A stretch of DNA of 64,000 nt from Escherichia coli (GTDB lineage: Bacteria; Pseudomonadota; Gammaproteobacteria; Enterobacterales; Enterobacteriaceae). The stretch's first letter is position 1; each line of letters opens with the position of its first letter. The stretch lies in NCBI RefSeq assembly GCF_011045215.1, contig NZ_CP049201.1; one strand, written 5' to 3'. Below, in pieces: positions 38,337-45,853 of the stretch. The notes beneath the pieces were generated by a model. That model was not told the origin of the DNA. It worked only from the letters and a program-made list of their open reading frames with translations, and ran no database searches. A program made the translations under genes and the position numbers.

Positions 38337-40340
38337 TCATCCTTGTTGCTGAAGCATGGGGAATAATTGTTCGCACAGCAAAACACCGTTATTCATTGCT
38401 TCTACCCGTGCCTCGCTTTCTGTATTACGAAATTGTCCCAACACATGTGCCAGCCGATAAAAACCCACCGCGGTGAGGTCATTCGCCAGCAACTCTGCCT
38501 GACCAATAGCACTCTGTTCCTGATAGCGCCAGCCGTTATGGAGCAGTTGAATAAGTAATGCCTGGCAGCGCATCAGCAACTGATGAGCAGTAGACGGCAC
38601 AGGCAGAACGCTGGCAGAAGGTAGTGATGCCACCACAGGCGCAGTTTCTGCGTCCAGCGCCCAGGCACGAGTCTTTGTCATCATTACCTGTGGTTCCAGT
38701 GTCAATTGCCCATCAACAAAACTGACAAAGCCAGAAACCAGACACACGGGGTCGTCTGTTTGTTGCAAAAGCGCCGCCATGCGTTCAACGGCATAAGGCG
38801 CGCTGGCTGAGGCTGGCAGTGATAACGTCAGCAGATTATCTTCACCTTCGCCGCTGATTACCTGCGCATCCAGCGTTTGGCGGCTGCTATCCCAACCGAG
38901 TGAAATACACTCAGCGACCGGCAGAATAAATAAGTTATCGACCTGATTAAGAGGCCGTATGCAGGCGGGGGGACGCTGGCGTAAATATTCCCGCAAAGCC
39001 ACAATGCCCGGCTGGCGCAACGGCGCGCTCAACATTTGCCAGGCATCTGGCGACAGTGGAACAACACTACTCAAGCGGTTACGGGTCGCGAACAGCAGTT
39101 CGCCTTCGGCACTGCGACGCGCTGCTTGTGAAACAATTTGTCCACCTGCCAGTGCGCCAGCCTGAAAACTAAACAGCCGACGTTTTGCCGCGGGAGCGTT
39201 TTCTTGTTCGCTTCTCGGCCAACTACGCGAAAGATGCAAAATACTGCCGGTGTCGGGATCGGTAAACCAGATGCGTAAACCATAATGCTTAATATCCTGC
39301 CAGCAACGCATACCTAAAGACACCAGCCGCAGATGATCAAGCTTTGCTTCTCCGGCAATGCCAGAGCCAACGCCCGTGCGCCACGGCACAGGAGGAACTT
39401 CACCAACACTGTCGCGCCGGGCCATCTCTTGTGCGCAATTTAATCGACTGTTTAATGCCGCAAGCTGACGTAAGCATTCTCCGGCATGATAGTGGCTGGC
39501 GCGAGTGTGGAAGGCATCAACGCTTGCCCGTAGCTGTCGTAGTGATTCACTCACCCATCGCCAGTTGCAGCGTTCCGCCGCCTGCTGTGCGCGGCTGAAA
39601 GCGGCCTCGTAATGGATTGGCGGCTGGCTGATGCCGCCCAGCCATAATGCCTGACTTAATTGCTGAACATATTGACGACATGTTTTGCCTTCTTCGCTGG
39701 CAAACGGATCGTCAGATGATGTGACGTGTTCGCTGCGCATCTGCCAGATTAAATGAGTAAATTCCGCTTGCTGAGTTTTGGCCTCGACGAAGGCCTGCAC
39801 AGCCAGTACGACATGTTCGCAAAGTGTGCCTTCAATACAATCACAGCGGGCGAAGCGAATGCTGCTGCGGGAATAAAAACGCACATCACTCATCGGTAAG
39901 CGGGCTGAGGGAATTTTGCCAGGCGCACAGAACAACTCAATGGTGATGCCTTTAGCGACCAGCGCCTGTGCGCGTTTGCGGGTGGCATCGGGAAGGGTAG
40001 CCAGTTCTTCCAGCCAGATTGCCGGATCCCATTCCTCTTCTTTTCCCGTAGGCTGGGCGGTAGCACAAAGTCGTTGATAACTTAACACCAGCATCACGCG
40101 ATGACGGCACATGCCGCTGGCCCCGCAGCTGCACTGAGCCTCTTTCAGTGCCTGGCCGTTCGCCAGCTGGGTACGGACACCGTCACTGAAGGTGGCGATT
40201 AAAGCGCCGTTCTCATGGCTGATCTCCGGGACGTTGCCATTTTCCAGTTCCTTAAGACTGCGCTTAACAAAACCGGCATTGCTTAACGCTGTCAGGGCCT
40301 GCGGTGTCAGTTCTAATAATTCCGGACGTAGTGAATTCAT
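38337..40340 (-). CDS. yehQ: SWIM zinc-finger protein, last gene of the yehLMPQ module
   Basis: Two CxC-x(n)-CxH SWIM-type motifs (CSCGASGMCRHRV and CDCIEGTLCEHVV) near the N-terminus. The start is uncertain: ATG 40340 makes an ATGA overlap with the yehP stop, ATG 40364 is the alternative. Confidence 0.7.
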   Translation of the reverse strand: MNSLRPELLELTPQALTALSNAGFVKRSLKELENGNVPEISHENGALIATFSDGVRTQLANGQALKEAQCSCGASGMCRHRVMLVLSYQRLCATAQPTGKEEEWDPAIWLEELATLPDATRKRAQALVAKGITIELFCAPGKIPSARLPMSDVRFYSRSSIRFARCDCIEGTLCEHVVLAVQAFVEAKTQQAEFTHLIWQMRSEHVTSSDDPFASEEGKTCRQYVQQLSQALWLGGISQPPIHYEAAFSRAQQAAERCNWRWVSESLRQLRASVDAFHTRASHYHAGECLRQLAALNSRLNCAQEMARRDSVGEVPPVPWRTGVGSGIAGEAKLDHLRLVSLGMRCWQDIKHYGLRIWFTDPDTGSILHLSRSWPRSEQENAPAAKRRLFSFQAGALAGGQIVSQAARRSAEGELLFATRNRLSSVVPLSPDAWQMLSAPLRQPGIVALREYLRQRPPACIRPLNQVDNLFILPVAECISLGWDSSRQTLDAQVISGEGEDNLLTLSLPASASAPYAVERMAALLQQTDDPVCLVSGFVSFVDGQLTLEPQVMMTKTRAWALDAETAPVVASLPSASVLPVPSTAHQLLMRCQALLIQLLHNGWRYQEQSAIGQAELLANDLTAVGFYRLAHVLGQFRNTESEARVEAMNNGVLLCEQLFPMLQQQG

Positions 40341-41473
40341 GACTGAAGATTCTCCGCAAGCCATGATGCCAGCTCGCCCGGTGTCATGGCGGCTATTTGT
40401 GCGCCGACATTTACCAGCGCCTGGGCCGTATCGTGGTCATAGCAAGGCGTTGCTGTGCTATCGAGCGCTGCCAGTCCCAGCACTTTGATGCCGCTCTGGA
40501 CACACTTTTTCACCTGATGCGTCAGTAATGATGATGAACCCCCTTCGTAAAAATCGCTCACGAGGATAATGACGCTTTTCGCTGGTTGTTCAATAAGTTG
40601 CCGACCATATTCCACGGCACTGGCGATATTGGTTCCGCCGCCTAATTGCACTTTCATTAATAACTCTACCGGATCGGCAACGTCTGCCGTGAGATCAACC
40701 ACGCTGGTGTCAAACGCCACCAGATGGGTACGAATGCCGGGTAACTGCCATAAACAGGCCGCCATCACCGCAGAGTGGATCACCGAATCGACCATCGAGC
40801 CGCTTTGATCAACCAGTAAGACCAGTTGCCATTGTTCGCTTTGGCGTTTAATGCGGCTGTTAAAGCGGGGGGATTCGATATACAACTTGCCGTGTTGCGG
40901 GTGCCAGTGTTGCAGGTTGGCGCGCAGAGTACTTTTGAAATCAAAGTTTCGCGCCAGTGGAATAAATGAGCGGCGACGGCGATCGCGGACACCAGAAAAA
41001 GCCTGACGAACTTCCTTTGCCAGTCGAGCCATAATTTCTTCAACAACCTGGCGCACTATCCGGCGGGCGGCAGCCAGTACTTCGGGATTCATCAGATGTT
41101 TGGTGTGCAAAACGGCGCGTAGCAGGCTTTCAGAAGGCTGCATACGTTCCAGCACGTCGAGATTCGTCACCACATCTTCAATGCCATAGCGCAGTACGGC
41201 ATCGCTTTCCAGCCGCTCAATCACCTGTTGCGGAAACAGCGTGTGAATACTGTTGATCCACTCAGGGGTGGTGAGATTTGAGCCACCTAATCCACCGGAG
41301 CGTTCACCACGCTGGAGCCGTTCAGGATCGCGCCCATACAGCCACTCCAGCGCGTGGTCTACCTGCCGGGCATTGTCATCCAGCCCACAAAGGGTCGTTT
41401 CTGCCGCTTCGCCAAGAATTAATCGCCAGCGTTGTAGCTCACGGGTAGTCAGAAGATCGTTCAGTTCAGACAT
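40337..41473 (-). CDS. yehP: von Willebrand factor A (VWA) domain protein
   Basis: MIDAS-type motif LVLLVDQSGSM...T...D and a VWA-like fold signature; internal start MSELNDLL gives 378 aa and an 8-nt overlap with the yehM stop. Confidence 0.7.
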   Translation of the reverse strand: MSELNDLLTTRELQRWRLILGEAAETTLCGLDDNARQVDHALEWLYGRDPERLQRGERSGGLGGSNLTTPEWINSIHTLFPQQVIERLESDAVLRYGIEDVVTNLDVLERMQPSESLLRAVLHTKHLMNPEVLAAARRIVRQVVEEIMARLAKEVRQAFSGVRDRRRRSFIPLARNFDFKSTLRANLQHWHPQHGKLYIESPRFNSRIKRQSEQWQLVLLVDQSGSMVDSVIHSAVMAACLWQLPGIRTHLVAFDTSVVDLTADVADPVELLMKVQLGGGTNIASAVEYGRQLIEQPAKSVIILVSDFYEGGSSSLLTHQVKKCVQSGIKVLGLAALDSTATPCYDHDTAQALVNVGAQIAAMTPGELASWLAENLQS

Positions 41474-43745
41474 GGAAAACTCCCCAGTGTTGCAGCGATG
41501 CCAGTGCCTGCTGTTCGAGTTGTTGATGATGTGCAATGGCTTGCGGAGGATAATGCAACGGCATTTGCAGCGCTGAAACAGGAAGCTGCGCAAGCTGGTA
41601 ATGCTCAAGCACCTGATGCGCCAGTGTCCCGCGTTCTCGTGGCGGTAGCCAGGCCATCGCCGCGCGCAAATCGGGCAAGGCGTTAATAAAATCGTCGTCA
41701 CTCAGTTGATTTAAATGACTACTGAAACCGGCGATAAATGCTGGTTGGCAGGCCAATTGATGACGGGCGAGCGCCAGCAAACCGTGCAGCGCCTCGCCGG
41801 ATTGTGCCGGGGATAACTGCGCCAGCATCGTCAGCGCCGCTTCGGCACTGGCGTTGGGATGTTCCAGACGCATCAGTGCGCCAAGAGCCGCGCCGCGATC
41901 CAGCGCCGGGACATGAATCGCCTGACTGCGGCGCTCCAGTAAGGCTACCGCCGCAGAAAGAAAAACGCCGGGTAAATTAACGCCGCTATGTAGATCGCGC
42001 AGGATATGGCAAAGCGCCTGCCAGCTATGCATGTGAGCGTGAAACTCCTTTTCATCTGGTCTGCCGTTAGATTCACACAGCCACAGCGTGCGATCGATAG
42101 CCGCGCATAACGTCGTTTGTAATATCTGCGCGCCTTGCATACCGCTAATTTCATCCAGCCGCCATAAGGCATATAGCACTTCCAGCGCCTGGCCCATTTC
42201 GGCAAATTGATTTTCCTGGGCGATTAATAATGTGAGTTGCTCCAGTAATTGCTCACTAAAGCTCGCCAGGCCCGCTAACGCCGCCTGGCTTAGACATGCG
42301 GTAATGCTGCCGATTCCACCCGCGTCCAGCATATCGGCTTCTAATTTATTGCGTGCGGCTTCCTGGAGCGTGGCACCAAAGCAGGCGGCCTCAATTAATG
42401 CCGCATGCTGGCTAAGCGGCTGGGTTAATTTCCACTGTTCTTCACCGTTACCCGCAAGCGTCAGTGTACTTCCGTGCTGGCGCACAATGCCGGGAATCTC
42501 CAGTATTGCCAGCCGATGTAACACCTGACTTTGCGCTAGTCCATTGGGGTTAAAGCGATTTAAGGTAAGCTCCACCGGAAGAGAGATTGCGGTACGTTCC
42601 AGTTCGCAGGTGACATCTTTTGGCAGAGGCGGTTGTGGCGTAGAAGGGGCAAGTTTACCGAATCCGTCACCCGCTAATGTGTCTATCAACGTTAGCAGAA
42701 TCGGATCGGTGTCGGGATGAATAACTCCGCGATAGCTCCACGGCAACGGCGCGTTCAGGGCTTCTTTAATCAGCGAGCCTGCTATGGCATCCAGCCAGTC
42801 AGTGCGTAACGGTAGTTTATGTCCGCGCAACTGTGCCAGCGCCATCGCATGCAGATGAGCGGCAGCCATATCCGCGGTCGAAGCAGGCAAGTGGTGTTGG
42901 CGCAAACGGGTAAGAACCGTTTTTAGCAGTTGTTCTCCCGCCTGCTGTAAGCCCCACTGCCAGCACCAGCTTTGCCAGACCGGGGCAGGCATTCCTGAAA
43001 GGTATCCTGCCAGCACATCAAGGCGCTTTTCACTGTAGGGTGTGAGATAACAACCTGTAACGGCATCTGCCAGCGAGGGCAATTCTGGCTTGTTAATGTC
43101 CTGCGGGCATTCGCGCCACATTTTTGCCAGTGCCGGAGCGTGCCAGCCACCGCAGACGACTAACACGTCGCCATTATTTTGCTGCACCGCCCATGCAATC
43201 CAGCGAGCCATAAAGGCTTCGCGCTGACGATTGAGTGCATCGCCGGGGAAATCGCCCCGCAGTTGGGCAAAATAGTGCGCCAGTGCAGAGGGTAATGCAG
43301 TTTGCTGGCTTTCATCTTCGAACAAGTGATCCCACAGGGTATCGCTGTTATCCATGCGGGAGGCACGCAGCAGCAAGGTCTGGCTTTCCTCTTGCGTTTC
43401 AGGCGAATCGTCCTCTTCTTCACTCTGTGCCCAGCAAGGCAAATCGATGAAGTAAGTTTGTGCCTGAATACGACGAGCGGCTTGTAGCGCCTGCCACTCC
43501 GGCGAAAATTCAGCAAATGGCGTCCAGGCACCACGCCCGGGGGCTGCACCGTCCTGATACTGGCAATAACTGTAAATAGCTACCGGAAGCTGGTGGGCTA
43601 AAAACAGTTCGTCTACCCGGTCATTAAAATCAGCCGGGCCTTCAATCAACACGTATCGTGGCCGCTGGCTTTCGATTAACGATTTCACCAGCCGGGCGCA
43701 GGCCGGACTATGATGCCGGATGCCGACAATTAACGGCTCGCTCAT
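41466..43745 (-). CDS. yehM: Large (759 aa) protein of unknown function in the MoxR-VWA module
   Basis: Internal start MSEPLIVGIRHH... sits 10 nt after the yehL stop; no domain recognisable by eye. Confidence 0.7.
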   Translation of the reverse strand: MSEPLIVGIRHHSPACARLVKSLIESQRPRYVLIEGPADFNDRVDELFLAHQLPVAIYSYCQYQDGAAPGRGAWTPFAEFSPEWQALQAARRIQAQTYFIDLPCWAQSEEEDDSPETQEESQTLLLRASRMDNSDTLWDHLFEDESQQTALPSALAHYFAQLRGDFPGDALNRQREAFMARWIAWAVQQNNGDVLVVCGGWHAPALAKMWRECPQDINKPELPSLADAVTGCYLTPYSEKRLDVLAGYLSGMPAPVWQSWCWQWGLQQAGEQLLKTVLTRLRQHHLPASTADMAAAHLHAMALAQLRGHKLPLRTDWLDAIAGSLIKEALNAPLPWSYRGVIHPDTDPILLTLIDTLAGDGFGKLAPSTPQPPLPKDVTCELERTAISLPVELTLNRFNPNGLAQSQVLHRLAILEIPGIVRQHGSTLTLAGNGEEQWKLTQPLSQHAALIEAACFGATLQEAARNKLEADMLDAGGIGSITACLSQAALAGLASFSEQLLEQLTLLIAQENQFAEMGQALEVLYALWRLDEISGMQGAQILQTTLCAAIDRTLWLCESNGRPDEKEFHAHMHSWQALCHILRDLHSGVNLPGVFLSAAVALLERRSQAIHVPALDRGAALGALMRLEHPNASAEAALTMLAQLSPAQSGEALHGLLALARHQLACQPAFIAGFSSHLNQLSDDDFINALPDLRAAMAWLPPRERGTLAHQVLEHYQLAQLPVSALQMPLHYPPQAIAHHQQLEQQALASLQHWGVFHV

Positions 43746-43755
43746 GCATCTTTCC

Positions 43756-44844
43756 TCACGGCAGGCGGTGGCGGGCTTGATAATAAGCCTGCCAGTGAGC
43801 TTCTTTATGTGTGGCGACACGCTGTTCGAAGTAACGGCGCAGACGAGCGCGATCTTCTTCGTTATCTTTGACGATGGTTCCGGCAATACAGTCCACCAGG
43901 TCGGCAGGCTCCCCCGCGCGATTCGCTAAAAACCAGGCGCGGACGCCCACGGCGTGGGCCACGTTCACGGCTTCAGCGGTGGACATAATCGCTGTTAGTG
44001 TATCCATTGACGTTTTCTTTTCGCCGTTGGCACGCAGATCGCGGAAGGTGCGGACCAGTAACTCCAGTACCGCGTCAGGCACTTTATGCGGAATACCGCT
44101 ATGGGCCAGCAAACGCGCCGAAGCACTGGCGACAAGCTCCAGCTCTTGGGCGAAATCCATAATCGGAAAGACAGTTTCAAAATCGAAGCGACGCTTTAGC
44201 GCAGCACTCATTTCATTGACGCCGCGATCGCGGGTATTGGCAGTGGCAATAATATTAAAGCCTTCTCGCGCATAGAGCTGACTGGCTTCACCAGTGAGTT
44301 CCGGCACCGTCATCACCCTGTCAGAAAGCATACCTAACAGACAGTCTTGCACTTCCAGCGGTGTACGCGTTATCTCTTCAAAACGGACGATTTTGCCGTC
44401 GCGCATTCCCTGGTAAAGCGGGGCAGGGACCAGCGCTTCCGTTGATGGACCATGATTGATAAGCAGGGCGTAGTTCCAGCCGTACTTGATTTGATCTTCG
44501 GTAGTAGATGCGCCGCCCTGGATGGTTAACCCGGCATCGCCGCTAATAGAGGTTGCCAGTAATTCAGACAGGAGAGATTTTGCGGTGCCAGGTTCCCCCA
44601 CCAACATCAAACCGCGTCCGGTGGCAAGAGTGACTAACATACGTTCGACAGCGGAGGGACTAATCACCACTTTACGGCTAATATTTTGCGCGCTATCGCC
44701 AAGGATAAAAGCACGGGCCGCAGGCAAACTTAACTGCCAACCGGGCGGGCAAGGTGCGTTATCATTTTGTTTTAATTTTGCCAGTTCATCGGCGTATAAC
44801 ACAGCAGCAGGCGGACGCTGCAGATGATTATTCTGCGGTGACAT
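43756..44844 (-). CDS. yehL: MoxR-like AAA+ ATPase
   Basis: Walker A GEPGTAKS is encoded at 44575..44598 (read directly from the DNA); Walker B-like and sensor regions follow; internal start MSPQNNH... preceded by an SD gives 362 aa. Confidence 0.8.
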   Translation of the reverse strand: MSPQNNHLQRPPAAVLYADELAKLKQNDNAPCPPGWQLSLPAARAFILGDSAQNISRKVVISPSAVERMLVTLATGRGLMLVGEPGTAKSLLSELLATSISGDAGLTIQGGASTTEDQIKYGWNYALLINHGPSTEALVPAPLYQGMRDGKIVRFEEITRTPLEVQDCLLGMLSDRVMTVPELTGEASQLYAREGFNIIATANTRDRGVNEMSAALKRRFDFETVFPIMDFAQELELVASASARLLAHSGIPHKVPDAVLELLVRTFRDLRANGEKKTSMDTLTAIMSTAEAVNVAHAVGVRAWFLANRAGEPADLVDCIAGTIVKDNEEDRARLRRYFEQRVATHKEAHWQAYYQARHRLP

Positions 44845-44952
44845 ATATTCATCCCTGAAATGTATTAATGAAATAAACGATATTTTACGCGCAATAAATG
44901 TTTGGCGCATTAGTTGTTTGAGCGAAAAATATCTGGAAAGCAGATTACAGTA

Positions 44953-44990
44953 AATAAAAAAACCTGCTGGTGAGGCAGGTTCTTTTATTT
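44953..44990. terminator. Bidirectional rho-independent terminator in the yehK-yehL intergenic region
   Basis: 7-bp stem aacctgc/gcaggtt flanked by an A run upstream and a T run downstream, so it gives a U tract on either strand. Confidence 0.5.
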
Positions 44991-45276
44991 ACTATTTTCA
45001 GGCCTAACACCACAGCCTGTGCAACATCGTGTTCCAACGAACGAATTATAACCACGGCTGGACCCCGTTGCAATTAAGATAATGAGATTTATAATCCAGA
45101 CCGTTGGGACGTTGCGCCGGATCGAACCTATTTCAAGTCCTGGCTACCGGACGGGTGGTGCTGCAGGTGGTGCCCTGATCCGGAGTGCAACATCGTGGTC
45201 CAACATACGTAAACCAGTATCGACAGGCAGTGTAAGGGTAAGGTGCTGGTGTTGCGCTCCTTAATAAGGAGAGCGG

Positions 45277-45366
45277 ATGGACTCGCTGACACAAAAGTTA
45301 ACCGTGCTCATTGCTGTACTGGAGCTATTAGTAGCTCTGTTACGTTTGATTGATTTGTTGAAGTAA
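45277..45366 (+). CDS. Unannotated 29-codon hydrophobic/amphipathic peptide ORF (candidate small toxin-like membrane peptide)
   Basis: ATG preceded by SD aaggag (5 nt spacing); MDSLTQKLTVLIAVLELLVALLRLIDLLK; putative promoter ttgcaa-N16-tataat at 45068..45095; hairpin aaggggga-N7-tccccctt at 45389..45411. Confidence 0.35.
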   Translation: MDSLTQKLTVLIAVLELLVALLRLIDLLK

Positions 45367-45475
45367 CGGGCAAATTGAAACGCATCTAAGGGGGAAAACC
45401 GCTTCCCCCTTTAATAAAGCTATACTCGTCATACTTCAAGTTGCATGTGCTGCGACTTGAATTATCTAGAGTATA

Positions 45476-45793
45476 TTATTCTATTTCTTGGTTGAATATA
45501 TTCTGTAGTTCACGATTAAAAATTGCTATTACAGTTTCAGGTGATTCACCTCGTAATTTCCGCTCATCAATACACTCATCTCTTATATAAATCAACGCAT
45601 CATTTATTAGCGGGTCAGCATCTTCTCGATCACGTTGATGAAATGTTGGATGTAGCCGGAATCGCTCCAGTCGATAGACGGAACCTGTAAATAATTCAGA
45701 GCATTTATGGATCTCAAGTCTGAAGGAAAACGGATCTTCAGGTACAGGGACCTCATAATCGTAAATAGCAACCAGCTCTTTTTGCACGATCAT
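45476..45793 (-). CDS. yehK: Small acidic protein of unknown function
   Basis: 105 aa ORF 60 bp downstream of yehI on the same strand. Confidence 0.6.
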   Translation of the reverse strand: MIVQKELVAIYDYEVPVPEDPFSFRLEIHKCSELFTGSVYRLERFRLHPTFHQRDREDADPLINDALIYIRDECIDERKLRGESPETVIAIFNRELQNIFNQEIE

Positions 45794-45853
45794 CGCTTTC
45801 CCCGCTGGTAAGTCGTGTTGATAACGGGCAGTTGCATCACTGCCCGCTGTGTT

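Noticed and set aside
43746-43886. Long N-terminal extension of yehM overlapping yehL by 130 nt (similar extensions occur on yehP at 41474..41701 and yehL at 44845..44910)
   Set aside because: Internal Met codons restore tight coupling of the operon and give lengths matching the K-12 orthologs as I recall them; the extensions are Cys/Arg-rich and implausible.
45100-45210. Possible tRNA-like or structured RNA gene in the yehK-yehL intergenic region
   Set aside because: No cloverleaf with conserved T-loop (GTTCRA) or anticodon-arm geometry could be folded by eye; it is treated as the leader of the small ORF instead.
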